NCBI RefSeq assembly: GCF_009914755.1
Contig: NC_060925.1
DNA length: 64,000 nucleotides
Source: the human T2T-CHM13v2.0 reference genome, Homo sapiens
Direction: 5' to 3' (one strand)
Shown: positions 16,998 to 31,854 of the stretch, piece by piece
Layout of the letters: every line of letters starts with the position of its first letter
Numbering within the stretch: position 1 is the first letter of the stretch
The notes under the pieces: model-generated
Told to the model about the DNA's origin: nothing
Databases searched by the model: none
Seen by the model: only the letters and a program-made list of their open reading frames with translations
Position numbers and translations under genes: made by a program

Positions 16998-19900
16998 AGA
17001 AATTGGGAAAAGTATTGGAACAATCCACTCACAGTCAAGATGTTATAATAATTGCATGTGGTTGTATAGAATGGAAATGTAACTTCAACTCTCTGAGACG
17101 TGGATATGAGTATGGCCTACTGAATTTTTCAGTGAAGTAGTGATTTGAAGACATGTTAATACTACAAATAAAGAAAGAACCATGACTCTGTGGTCTCTTT
17201 TATTATATATCTGGAGATTACAGAATTGAGCAAAGTAGCCTCTACCGTAAGAACCTCAGTCGTGTGAACTCCAGAAGCAATCATTATAAGGCCTTCTTTC
17301 TTCAGAGGTCAACTTTTTTCTCTCACTTTCTCTGGTGTAATTGCTTGGCAAAATGTAATCAATAAAATACATAAAAGAATTATGTATAAACAATAGTTAT
17401 ATTAAAAATTAACTTTATTCTAGCTCCGCACTTAAACAGTGCAACCAGGAAGGAAATACCTCACAACCATGCTGACTGAACTTATCATAAATAAAGAATA
17501 ATGTTAAGTAAAGCTTTAATGCTGCCTACCAATCATACTGCACTTCCCTAGCACATGTACTCATTAGCTTGCCCACCCTTCTGGGTAATTAGTACCTATT
17601 TCTACCCTTCCACAAACTTCCAGTAACCTCTCTAATTTTCTGAACTATAATATTGGAATATTTTATATCAATTTTTTTAACTTCTTGTTTTCTGTATCTA
17701 TATTCATGGTATTTTGGCATATCTCTTTCAAACAACTAACAAGATCCTTATACAGCATAGAATAGTAAGAGAGGAGTCAAATGTGTTTGCACGAGTCAAA
17801 TAGTGGCATGAATAGATTCATCTTGATTAATGTACTTGGAAGCAAGTATTGACTAGGATAAGGAGTGTAGCTGTAATCATCATTAATTGTTTGACCAGAA
17901 ATCAAATAGTAGCATCAACATTTGATCAAATGCAAATGTGGAGTGTGATTACAACTAAGAAACAATGTCATCTTCACCTCAGGGAATGCCAGCCAGGGAC
18001 GATAATGAAAGGCGGCCAGTTAAGATTTAAATGTATGCCAGTTAAGAAAAAATAAACCATTAATTGACAAAATAAACCTTTAATTTTCAGAGAAAATGAA
18101 TGTCTGAATTTCTTGCTCAAAATTTTATAGCGTTGGCCAGCATTAAGTTATAGTCACTGGTGGACTGGAAAGTCACTATATAAATTACAGCAAAACAAAG
18201 ACAGTTGATACTCCTGCACACTTGAGTGTATAGATAAAAAAGTATTATCTTTGTATATATGTTATAGCCAAGAAGACTTTTTGCTGCAAACATGTTCATT
18301 AACTCTTCTCTACTAATACTATTTTCTCTTAGTCGATAAAACACATTTTTCCCCTCAAAAAAAAAAAAAACTGTGATGGTCAGAGAAAGAATATGCCATA
18401 TTTTGCAGTGTCGTCTCATGTACTTATATCAGAAATTTATCATTGTAAAATAGATTCACAGTGAAATATTTCAGTAAAATATCATAGCTTAATAATAATG
18501 TTTCATACTTATGAGTTAAAGAAATAACACTGATTTTGCTATATCTTAAGTTTAAAGTACTGGAAGTTTATGATTATTTAAATGTGGTATAATGCATATC
18601 TAATTAACAGATTTGATAGCTATTTATTAAATACATATTGGATAATAAAATAATAATTAAATATAAAAATAAGTATATACAAACTATATTAGTGAAACAC
18701 ATACTAAATTATATTCACATATTGACAAATGCATACCTATCATGGATTTTTCTAGACAGCTAAAGCCCATTCAGAATATCTGCAAAATGTGCCACAATTT
18801 CAATACCCTGGCAACTAACATTTAAAATAATAAACAGTGAAATAAAAATGATATTATAAGTTGGCATCTTTGACTTGAGAATTGCCCATTGCTTTTGCAT
18901 TTTTTTCTATGTGCTTTCTTAAGGCATTTTGGTTAAGATGGCTCAAAATGGATACTTTATCTGAGAGTGTGTAATTTTAATATAACATTCAAAGACAAGA
19001 CAATTTTCTAAAGACTTTCTTTTTTCTCTATTACATACTGAAAATAAACTGATAGTTATCAGTTGTCATGCAACATTGCCAGAATATTTGCTACATTCTT
19101 TGATATAAGGATTTCATAAAAATATATCCTATAAAGAATTAACAAAATGTTACTTTTTGTATAAAATAAATATATGATTAAATAATGTTGTAGTTACAGC
19201 TATTTAGCCAAACACAACGTGAATTATTCAATAATAAGTATGGGATATCATGTATTTATCATAGAAAACTATTTTTATTTATGATCATGTATAATATTGT
19301 TCTCATTCAAACACTAAATACAAGGCATCTTCCTAAAATTAAGTGCACATATTGGACTTCTGTTATTGAAAAAAAAAATTATTTTATTTTATTTTTACTG
19401 TTTTGTCCCACATGAGCTTGCTTATATATTTAAAAAGAAAGTGTTCCTTAGTTTCTTGAAAAATAAATTAGCCTCTGTAGGTGTTGTGATTCTACACCAG
19501 CAACCCATGATAATAAATTAAAGGTGCAAAAATAGTTAGTATTTACATGTAAAAGTAATTACAATAATTAATTTAAATGCAAAAGGTATCATTTGTCTTA
19601 GCTTTTATCCAAGTACTGCCTCAAAATCACTTTTCTTATGAACCACAATAAATAGAAGAAGTACAATTAATGTCTCAAAAGTATTCTTGTATTACAAATT
19701 AAAAATCTTAATTGCTCCAAGACCAAATGGTTAAGATAAAAATTAAATTCACCTGTGAAGCCTAAACTCCAAATATAAAATGAGAAATTACACAGAAAAA
19801 TTGTGAACAATAAGATTATTCTGCTCAATTTCTACTATTATCTAAGCAATTTTTATTATTTATCTGACTAATTTTTTCAGATGTTTGAATAAATTAGTAG

Positions 19901-21648
19901 CAGGGTATTACTTTAAAATAGAAAAAATATATGTAATTTGTATAAGTACCCAGAAGTTTAATGAGTATGTCAAAATCTGGTATATTTGTTATAGAGTAAT
20001 ACTACCTAATATTTATCAAGAGCATAATATATACTCCATTTACCTCCAGGCTCTTTGCATACCGATGTATCAAGGATTAAATTAATTTTGTCCTCTAAAC
20101 AACCCATTAAAGTAGGCAGTATTTTTATTTATTTGACAATTTAGAAAACTAAGAATGATCACTAAACTGATTGTGAATTTGTTGGTATAATGTTTGTGTG
20201 GCAATGTTCCTCTGCACGAGTAGGGATGAAAAGAATTATGTATATAGAATAGTTGTCCTTTCACATGTGGTTTTCATAAAAACCCTACTCTTCTAATTTA
20301 TGGTTAAAAGTGTTCATTGTAACTAAGACTATCATTTTTAAATAATGACTATGACCTTTTTTTAATTCTAGAAAAAGATAACATAATTGCTTGAAATTAT
20401 TATACCGATTTCCTGACATTCCAATTTAAATCTCTGTAATTTTATTCCCCAGAAGTCCATATTACATGCTACCATCACACTGCCATTGTTTCCAGTACTA
20501 AAAATATATTATTGCAACTTTCTGAAAGTAATACCTTTCTATTAGCAAATTGTCTAATATCTCAGATGCTATAATTGATGATTACAGAATTTTATTGAAT
20601 GTTCATATCATAGGCAATATAAGTGTCATTGAAGAAGTCCTTAAAAATTGGATGCACCATTAATATAACTTCCCTACTCATACAGAAGACTCAGATAATA
20701 ATTATGTATTATATACTGTATTATGCTATGTATATATAATTTGTCAATATTTAACCTGATAATCTTGGGGAAATCAAACATTTTTCTCTTTGAGAATTAA
20801 GTTTGTTGTTTTATTAACATATATTCTTATCAGGTAGCAAAATGATTCTTCTATTCTGAAATTTTAAAAAGAATTATAACTAGGAATTAATGTTAAATAT
20901 TACCAAATGCTTACCATTGAAATGAGTAGAGTTTACACATTTATTTTCTTGTTGAGATATATAATTTTCCTAATGGTAAATTACTTTTAGATGTTGAGAA
21001 TGCTCAAAGTAACAATTTAAAAAACGTTATTTGCTACATCATGTTTATGTATATTAACATTAAAGAAAGCAGAGTGACAGAAATTTAGGTACTCTGTTTT
21101 ATCTTTACAATGCTTCTATGATCCTACTTTTTTTGTTGTTGTTGTTAAAATGTCCTTTCACATTTAGGACAAGATGTATTTCTTGCAGCCATAATATCAT
21201 TACTGAAGAGAACTTAGTTAATCAATATAAGATCTATTGTCAATGTACTCCTCTATCATGCTAACTTGTATTTTTTAAATTTTTAAATTTTTAATTTTGT
21301 GGGTACTTAGTAGGTGTCTATATTTATAGGGTACATGAGACGTTTTGAAACAGGCATACAATGTGAAACTATCATATCGTGGAGGATGGGTTAGAAATCC
21401 CCTGAAGCATTTATCCTTTGTGATATAAACTATCCAATTACAATCTTTTAATAATTTTAAAATGTACAATCAAGTTATTATTGATTATAGTGACCCTGTT
21501 GTGCTATCAAATAGCAGGTCTTATTCATTCTTTCTAATTATTTTTTGGACCCATTAAAAATCTCCACCTCCCCATCCCCAACAAAACCCCTACTACATTT
21601 CCCAGCATCTGTTAACCGTCCCTCTACTGTCTATTTTCAAGAGTTTTA

Positions 21649-21693
21649 TTAGTTTTAATGGCAAAAAACGCAATTACTTTTCCACTATCCTAA
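21649..21693. mobile_element. MADE1 (Hsmar1-derived MITE) with most of one arm deleted
   Basis: TA|TTAG-TTTTAATGGCAAAAAACGCAATTACTTTTCCACTATCCTAA|TA matches the MADE1 right arm and has a TA TSD. Confidence 0.85.
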
Positions 21694-22850
21694 TATTGCT
21701 TCGATATTTTATTGTTCATTGTTTATTTTATTATTTACGTTTGATATTAGATTGTTTTGATTTTTAAATCCCACAAAATGTTATAGCACATAATGTTTGT
21801 CTTTTTGCGCCTGGCTTATTTCACTTATCATAATGATCTCCATATCCATTCATGTTGCTGCAAATGACAAAATCTTACTATTTACGATGGCCAAATAGCA
21901 CTCCACTGTGTACAAGTACCACATTTTCTTTATCTACTCATCTCCAGATGGACAATTATGTTGTTTGCAAATCTTACTATTGTGAAATATGCTGCAACAA
22001 ACATAAAAAAGTGTAGATATATCTAAGATATACTGAGTTCCTTTATTTTGTAAATATATGCAGCAGTGGGATTCCTGGATTATATGTTAGCTCTATTTTT
22101 AGTTTTTTAAAGAACATCCAGACTGTTCTCCATAGTGTTAATACTAAGTTACATTCCCACCAAGAGTGTACAGGATTCCCTTTTCTTCACATCCTCACCA
22201 CCATTTGTTAATGCCTGTCTTTTGGATATAAGCCATTTTAGCTGGGATGAGAGGATAGCTCATTGTAGTTTTGATCTGTATTAATTTGATGATTAATGAT
22301 GGTGAGCACCTTTTCATATACCTGTTTGCCATTGTATGTCTTCCGTTGGACGATGTCTATTAAAGTCTTTTGCACATTTGTAATCAATTTTTCAGATTTT
22401 TTTCCCTATAAAGTTGTTTGAACTCTTTACATATTCTGGTGATTAATCCCTTGTCTGTTGGGTAGTTTGCCAATATTTTCTCCCGTTTTGGGGACTGTCC
22501 GTTCACATTGTTGACAGTTTTCTTTGCTGTGCAGATTTTTAATTTGATGTGATCTCATTTGTCCATTTTTGCTGTGTTTGCCTGTGCTTGTGGGTTACTG
22601 CACAATAATTCTTTTTTTCCAGACCAATGTCCTAGAGATTTTTCCCATTTTCTTGTGGTACTTTCAGACTTTGAGAACTTAGTTTTAAGCCTCTAATCCA
22701 TTTTTATTTGACTTTGGTATATGGTAAGAGATACAGGTCTGTTTCAGTGTTCTGCATGTGAATATCTAGTTTTCCCAGTATCATTTATTGAAAAGATTAC
22801 ATTTTCACCAATGTATGCTTGTGGTACCTTTGTTAAAAATGAGTTCACCG

Positions 22851-23204
<354 letters not shown>

Positions 23205-26200
23205 TTACTATAGCTCTGTACTATAATTTGAAATCTGGTAATGTGATTCCTCCAGTTTTTCTCTTTTTGCTTAGGATAACTTTAGCTATTTTGGATCTTT
23301 TGTAGTTCTATATAAATTTAGTGGGTTTTTTTTACATTTCTGTGAAGAAAGCCATTGGTATTTTGATAGGGAATAAATTGAATCTTTGCATTGCTTTGGG
23401 TAGTATGGACATTTTAATAATACCGATTTCTCTAATCCAAGAACATAGAATTTTTTTTTTGATTTTAAGGATCTTTTTCCATTTCTTTCATTAGTTTTTT
23501 TTATAGCTTTCATTGTATAGATCTTTTACTTATTTTGTTAATTCATAGGTATTTATTTTATTTGTGGCTATTGTAAATAAGATTACATTTTGCCTTCTTT
23601 TTTAGATTATTCACTGTTAGCATACAAAAATGCTACTGACTTTTGTATGTTGATTTTGTATTCTACAGCTTTAGTGAATTTGTCTATCTGTTCTAACAGT
23701 TTTCTAGTGGAGACCTTAAGTTTTTCCAAATATAAGATCATATCATCTGCATACAAGGATTATTTGACTTCTTCCTTTCCAATTTTGATGCCTTTTATTT
23801 CTTTCTTATGTCTGATAGCTCTAGCTAGAACTTCCAGTACTATGTTGAATAACAGTTGTGACACTGTGCATTATTGTCATGGTGCAGATCTTAAAGGAAA
23901 GCCTTTTTTTCCCCATTCAGTGAGATAATAACTGTGTATTTGTTGAATATGGCTTTTATTATGTTGAGTTATGCTCATTCTATCTCCAAGTTTTTGAGGA
24001 ATTGTATCATAAAATAATTCTGAACTTTATTAAGTGCTTTTTCAGCATCAATTTAAATTATCTTATGGTTTTTGTCCTCATTCTGTTGATATGATGTATC
24101 ACATTAATTGATTTGCATACGTTGAATCATCCTTGCATCCCAGTAATAAATCTCACTTGGTCATGATGAATGATCTTTCTAAAGTATTTTTTGTTGCATT
24201 CAGTTTGCTGGTATTTTGTTGAGCACTTTTGCATCAATATTCCTCAGAGTTATAGACCTGTAGTTCTTTGTTTCTTTCTTTTTTTTTTTTGATGTGTTTT
24301 TGTCTTTATTTATTTATTTATTTTTGTATCAGGGCCTTGTAGAATGAGGTTGAAAACATGCCTTCCTCCTCTATGTTTTAGAATAGTTTGAGTAGCATTG
24401 GTATTAGTTCTACTTTAAATGTTTGGTAGAATTCACCAGGGAAACTATCAGCTCCCAGACTTTTTTTTTTCTATTTTTACTAGGAGACTTTTTATTATAG
24501 CTTCAATCTTGTTACTTCTTATTGGTCTCTTCAGGTTTTTCATTTCTTCTTAGTTTAATCTGTATAGGTTATATGTATCTAGGAATTTTTCAATTTCTTC
24601 TAGATTTTCCAATTTATTAACATATAGTAGCTACTAATAATGATCATTTTAATTTCTGCAGTATCAGTTGCAATGTCTCCTTTTTCATTTCTGATTTTAT
24701 TTATTTGTATTTTCTCTGTCATTTTCTTAGTCTGGCTAAATGAATGTTAATTTTGTTTAACTTTTCAAAAAAACTTTTTGTTTCATTGACCATTTGTATT
24801 GTATTCTTCATTTCAATTTCATTTATTTCCGCTCTGAATTTTTTATTTCCTTTCTTCTATTAATTTTGAGTTTGATTTGCTCTTGTTTTTCCATTTAAGT
24901 TGTGTTGTTATATTATTTATTTGAAGTTCTTTCACTTTTTTGATGTAGGCATTTAGTACTATAAACTTTTTCTGAGTACTGCTTTTGTTGTATTCCATAA
25001 GTTTTGGTGTGTTGTGTTTTCATTATCATTTGTTTCAATAATTTTTTGTTTTCTTAATCTCTTCATTGACCCACTGGTCATTCAGAAGAATAATGTTTAA
25101 TTTCCATGTGTTTGTTTGTATTTTTCCCAACATTTCTCTTGTTACTGATTGCTAGTTTTATTCATTGTTGTCAGAGAAGATGCTTAACAGTATTTCAATT
25201 TTTTGAATGTTTTAAGACTTGTTTTGTGACCTAACATATAGTCTATCCTTGAGAATGATCCATATGCTAAAGAAAAGAATGTATATTCTGCAGCTGTTGG
25301 ATGAAATGTACTGTAAATATCTATTAGATCTATTTGGTCAATAGTGCAGAATAAGTCCAATATTTCTTTGTTGGTCTTTGTCTGGAATATCTGTCTAATG
25401 TTGCAAGTGGGGTGTTGAAGTCTTGAGCTATCAAGAGATAAGGCCTATCTCTCTCTGCAGCTCTAATAATATTTGCTTTATACATCTGAGTGTTCCAGTG
25501 TTGGGTGCATATCTATTTAAAATTGTTACAACCTCTTGCTGAGTTGACTCCTTTATCATTAGATAATTATCTTCTTTGTCTCTTATAGTTATCTTGAAGT
25601 CTAATTTTTCTGATATAAGTATAGCTATTGATATTCTGTTTTGGTTTTCATTGGCATGGAATGTATTCTCTCATCCCATTATTTTTAGTCTATGTATGTC
25701 TTTATAAGTGAAGTGTGTGTGTGGGTGCATGTTTTTCTAGTGAATAGATTACTAGGTCTTATTTTTTCATCCATACAGCCATTCTATATTTTTATTGGTG
25801 AATTCAGTCCACTTATATTCAATGTTATTATTGATAAGTAAGGACTCACTCTGGTTATTTCGTTATTTGCTTTCTGGTTGTTTTGTAGTGTTTTCTTCCT
25901 TTTTTCTTTCCTTCCTGTCGCCCTTTCAGTGAAGGCGATTTTCTCTGGTGATGTGATTTACTTTCTTGCTTTTCACCTTTTGTGTCTCATTGTATGTCTT
26001 TTGGTTTGAAATTACCATGAGGGATTGAAAATACTATCGTGTAGCGCATTATTTTGACCCGATGACAACATAACACTATTTGCATAAACAAACAAACAAA
26101 TGAAAAGAAAACTAATAAAAACAATACCACTTAAGTTTGCCTTCTTGCTTTTTAACTTTTTGTTGTTTCTGTTTATATCTTATTGTAGTGTCCATGTCTT

Positions 26201-28516
26201 GAAAAGTTCCTGTAGTATTATTTTTGATGAGTTCATCATTTGGTCTTTGTAATTATTATAAGAGTAGTTTACACTCCACAGTTACAGTGTTATGATATTC
26301 TATGTTTTTCCATGTGCTTACCTGTGATTTTTGTACCTTTACATGATTACTTAGTCGCCCATTAATGTCCTTTTCTTTCTGTCCTTTTACTTCAGTACTC
26401 ACTTTAGCATTTCTTATAGGACAGGTCTAGTGTTGATGAAATCCCTCAGCTTTTGTTTGTCTTGGAAAGTCTTCATTTATTCTTCATGATTGAAAGATTT
26501 CTTTTTTTTGGTCAGGTATTCTATTCTAGGAGAAAAAGTTTTGTTTCTTCAGCACTTTAAATGTGTCACGTCACTCTCTCCTGGCCTATAAGGTTTCCAC
26601 TGAAAAGTCTGCTGCCAGACATGTTGGGCCTCCATTGTATATTATTTTTTTTTCTTTTCCTGCTTCAGGATCTTTTATTTATCCTTGATTTTTTGGGGGG
26701 AGTTTAATTATCAAACACCTCAAGGTAGTCTTTTGTTTGGTATTCTGTAACCTTCTTTTATGTGGATATTGCTATCTTTCTCTATGTTTGGTAAATTCTC
26801 TGTTACTGCCCACTTTGAATAAACTTTCTACCCCAATCTTTTTCTTTATCTGTCCTTTAACACTTAGATTTGCCTTTTTGAGGCTATTTTCTATATGCTA
26901 TAGGCATGCTTTATTGTTTTTTATTATTTCTTCTTTTGTCTCCTGTTATTGTATATTTTCAAATATCCTGTCTTTAAGTTCACTAATTCTTTCTTCTGCT
27001 ATTATGAGACTCTGTTGCATTCTTCAGCATGTCAACTGAATTTTATAGCTCCAGAATTTCTACTTGCTTCTTTTCAATTATTTCAATCTCTTTGTTAAAT
27101 TAATCTAATAGAATTCTGAATTTCTTCTGTGTTATCTTGAATTTCTTTTAGTTTTCTTAACACAGATTTTGAATTCTCTGTCTGAAAGGTCACTTACCTC
27201 TATTTTTCCAGGATTGGTCCACAGTGCATTATTTAGTTCATTTGCTAAGGTCATGCTTTCTGTGATGGTGTAGAAGCTAGTAGATGTTCCCTGGGTCCTG
27301 AAGAGTTAGGTAGGTATTTATTGTAGCCTGCATAGTCTGAGATTATTTGTACCCATTCTTCTAGGGAAGGCTTTCCAGATACTTGAAGGGACTTAGGTAT
27401 TGTGATCTAAATTGTATCTGCTTTAAGAGACACGTCAAGCCCAGTGATGCTGTTGTTCTTGCAGACTCATAGAGGTAATGCCTTGATGATCTTAGACAAG
27501 ATCTGGGAGAATTATCTGGATTACCAGGGAGAAATTCTTGTTCTCTTCCTTTACTTTCTCCCAAGCAAACAAATTCTCTCTCTGTTCTAAGACCTGTGGA
27601 ACTGGAGGTGCAGTGGACTGGAGGTCAACATAGTGGCCACCACCACTATGACTGCACTGAATCAGAGCTGAAGCTAGCACAGCGCTGAGTCTCACCCAAG
27701 GCCTGCTGTAGGCACTTGTGGCTACTGCCTATGTTTTCTCAAGGCCATGGGGTTCTACAATCAGCTGGTGGCAAGTCTAGCCAAGTTTGTGCTCTTTTTT
27801 CAGGGTGGCGACTTCTCCCAGACCCCAGGTAGGTCTAGAGGTACCATACAGGATTCAGGTACTAGAGTCAAAAACCTTAGAAGTCTACCTGGTATTTCAT
27901 TGTTCTTTGGCTGTGCTGGGGTTCAAGCCACAGTATGCAATATGCCCCACTCTACCCTCTCCTTTGCAAAGACAGAGGAGCCTCACCCATAGCCACCACC
28001 AACACAAGTCACAAAGAGTATTGCCAGACTATGCCATTTTTTCCTTAAGGCCCAAGGACTCTTAAATCAGCCTGTGGGGAATGCTGTCTGTGTTAGGACT
28101 CACCCTTCAGAGCAGTGGGCTCCTCTATGGCCCAGGGAAGGTCCAAAAATGCCACCCAAGAGTCAAGTCCTGGAGTCTGGTACCCCAAGAGCCTATTTGG
28201 TGCTCTGCCACTCTGTGGCCATGCTGGTACCTAAGGTGCAAGGCAATGTCCCCTTAACTTTCCCCTCTGCTTTTCCCAAGCATAAAGACTTTCACTCCAC
28301 TGCCCCCACAGCTGGTAATATACAGTCTCACCTGAAGCCAGGAAATCTCAAGGCTCATCCAAGGCCCTTGACGTTGTACATGGGTATCACTGCTGTTTAT
28401 TCAGCGCCCAAGGGCTCTTCAGCTAGCAAGTGATGAATGCTGCCAGGACTAGGTCCTTCCCCTCAAGGCAGTGGGTTCTCTTATGACCCAGGGTGTGTTT
28501 AGAAATGTTGTCTGGA

Positions 28517-28662
28517 GGGAGGCTGAGGCAAGAGAATGGCGTGAACCCAGGAGGCGGAGCTTGCAGTGAGCCAAGATCGCGCCACTGCACGCTGCAGCCT
28601 GGGCGACAGAGCGAGACTCCCTCTATTAAAAAAAAAAAAAAAAAGAAGAAGAAGAAAGAAAA
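28517..28662 (+). mobile_element. 5'-truncated AluY (end of right arm) in the L1MA2 5'UTR
   Basis: AluY diagnostics GAATGGCGTGAACC and GGAGCTTGCAG; A/GAA tail; TSD AGAAATGTTGT at 28501 and 28663. Confidence 0.92.
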
Positions 28663-29741
28663 AGAAATGTTGTTAGGGCCTGCAACATGGGTCTCATGAC
28701 GCTGAACTGTGCTCTCTTCGACTGTAGCTGAGCTGGTATACTAGATGTAAGACAAAGTATTTCCCACTCTTCTGTCTCCTCTCCTCAAGCAGAAAGGAGT
28801 CTCTTCTGGAGCCACAAACTGTGCAGCCTGAGTTTAGGGGAGGGCTGATGCCAGCATTCCCTTAACCTCTCCAGCTGGTGTCTCAGTAGGTTGCATGCCT
28901 CCTTATTTCACTGTCTGTAGGCCGATTTCTGCAGTAGGATGCACCTAAGAGTTGCAGTCCTTATGGCCTAGACTGTCTTTCAAGTTTACTTAGAGAATCA
29001 GAGCACATTAGCCATTGGTGGCTAGGTTTGCAGGAACTCAAGTTCTGACCCCTGGGATTGGGGATTCCCATCTGGCTTGGGCTGGTTTAAATGCTCTCTC
29101 TGTTGGCGGGGGTCAGTAGAGTCTGTCTTGGTTTTTCTTTCTGCTCTAACAGGACAACACTGGGTTCAATGACTCACAGTTGTTGTGCTTCTCCCACCAC
29201 CCAAAGATGTTCTTTGCACCACCCCACTTTGCACCATTACTTTGTTTATATAAGTTTAATATGACTATAAATCCTCTTCCAGTGACATCTTATCTGGGAC
29301 TATGCTTTTGGTATCTTCCAACTCTGTGACCCCTTGTATGTCAGCATGTCTTTAGTCACATATACTTTCCCAAACTGTGTGTTTTCTTAATGTTCGAATC
29401 TTTCATAATTTGAACAATGTATACTACTCTAACAGCATCACAAACAATCCTTTTAGCTAAATATTCTAGCCAGTTTTAAATCATCACAATAGAACTTGTA
29501 TATAAAATATAGGCCACTCTGTTTCTAAATATGTATAAAAAACTAACAGAAAATAACAGCTTACTGGTACTAACAATTCATGCTTTAAATAGAACACTTC
29601 ATGAGGAAATTTTGCTATAAACAATAACTCGTAGTTTAAATGTAGTGGTGCCATATTCTCTGTATAACTTATGGGTGTGACATTCTCAGGGAGGCAGTGG
29701 AGAATAAAGGAACCCTCTAGAACTCTAGAGTTTCCGGAATA

Positions 29742-30600
29742 CTCATTCATTCATTTATGCAACAGATGTTTATGGTAGATACTACAATAAATTTTAAAAT
29801 TACAAAAATAATTGCCCATCATGGAGCTTATATGATAGTAAATAGGAAAATGCAAAATTAAGAAAAATAAGTAAGCCTATAGAATGCTATGTAAGTGCTG
29901 TGGAGAAAAATACAGGCAGAAGTGTAATGAAATGTGATGTAGGATTTACAGTTTCAGATAGAGGAAGAAAAGGTCTCTCTGGGGAGGTAGCACTTACATT
30001 AAGACTTAAAGGATAACAACAGATGAGCACTGTAAGTATCCAGGGAAAGAAGCTCTCATAAAGAGGAAATACTTTAACAATAAAAGCCCTGAGGCTTAAC
30101 TATGCATTACATGTTTGCGTAAGGAAGTAGGCAATTGTAGCTATAGAAAAGTAAGAAAGAGAGAAAATAGTAGCATGTGAGGGTAGACGAAGCAGAGTAT
30201 TCCATGTTTAAAGCCTGACATACCATGGGAGGATATTTCTTTGTAAGGTGAAAATTTGAAGGGATCCTATTGAGTTAATCTATGTGAAAAATGATAGTGT
30301 CTTGGAACAGGGTGACAGCAGTGGATGTATAGAAAATTAAACAAATAATGAAAATATTTTGAAGTAGACCTTATAAAAATTTCTGATATACTGGGTGTCA
30401 GTTTTAAAAGAGTAAGACAGTTGTTAGTAATGACTCAAAAGTTTTTAACTGGATTAATGAAGTTGCTATTTACTGAAAGACAAGCCTCAAGTGTTCATTT
30501 GGGCCAGGCCCATTAGATACTGAAGTAGACATGCTGACTGAGCAGTTTTATAAATTAGTCTGAAATTCAAAGAGAGGTCTTTGTGTCTAGTTTAAAGGGT
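29742..30600 (-). mobile_element. L2a LINE relic
   Basis: Begins with tcattcatttatgcaacagatgtttat (L2 tail); tgcccatcatggagcttata; aagtgctgtggagaaaaa. Confidence 0.7.
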
Positions 30601-31854
30601 ATAGTTGGGTGTAAGAGAAACATTTTTTGAAAGCACAAAATAAACAGGGGAAGAAGAAACAGTGTCACCGTTCTAGGGATTGAGTAATCATGACATAAAG
30701 CACAAAATAAGCCCAGATTAGACATTGATATCAATACTCAAGATGTAAAAAAATGTGTTTATGGCTTGGGTGGACGAGTATGGAAGTGGGAGCAGTGGTG
30801 ATATGGTTTAGACTGAAAAAAGAAATGATGACTTAATTGCTTGCTTTGATTAGTTACACCACCACAGAGAGTGGCTGTCTGCAGTTAAGTGATTGAACAT
30901 CTCATGGCGTGATGAAGCACTTATTTCATTTTATAAAATATCAACTTATTCTCAATAATATTTTAGTTTAGTCACACTAGCTGTATATGTTTGAAAATTT
31001 GTGAAATTGGCAATCATATCCCCCCCTTGTATAATAGAGGTCTTCTGCTTAAGTGTCATTATTAATCATGTAAATAATAACCAATTCCAAAAACTTTCTG
31101 CTCCATACATTTCAGAATATAGCAAAATTATTATTTTTCCCACAACACAATGCTCTATAAAATTTTTAATGTTTATCATAGATTGCAAATTGTTTTATCT
31201 TCAATGTTGAATATGTTAACTGAATTTACAACAGTAGCATAAATAACATCAAAAATTTCTTTCTTGTCTAAAAAGTTACATCTCTAGAGATTTTTTCTCT
31301 AAAGATTTAATTCCACAAAATAGATTTTTAAAAATCAAATTATTATAAGAATCTAATTTCTACTTGAATACCAGATAACACTGTTATAAACTTGAATGAT
31401 TCATCTTTTAATGGATTTTATATTCTTAATGTGTAAACACTTTAATAATGATTGCTTCATTTTCATAAGTGGCAAGAAAACCTGGACAAAAGAATAAAGA
31501 AATCTAAAAAAAAATTTGATCTAAATGATAAAAAATGTCTACAGAGACATTTGTCTATGCACCTTTTTAAGCCACATGCTTTAAATAACATTTTGACAGA
31601 GTACTCTGAAAAAACAGTAATTTCTTTTTAAAAATATGCCAGTATTTCTTCGGTAGATTTTGTTTCATAAGTTTGAGAACACACTACACCTGCGATGGTG
31701 GATGAAAAGTGTAATAAAATACGTTGCACATTTTGAAATAAAAGTAATGACAGACTTACAGTCTATCACAAGTTACTGAAGCCTCAGAGTATGAGTATTC
31801 AGACTACCATCTACATATTGTACTTAACTTGTATTTTCCGTACATATTTTGCAG

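Noticed and set aside
28575-28605. AluYb8/9 diagnostic insertion
   Set aside because: Only about 2 extra bases (GCACGCTGCAGCC), not the 7-bp Yb8 duplication.
30600-30920. Possible LTR or regulatory element with a repeated AAAGCACAAAATAA
   Set aside because: I could not assign a family or termini; a single 14-mer repeat is insufficient.
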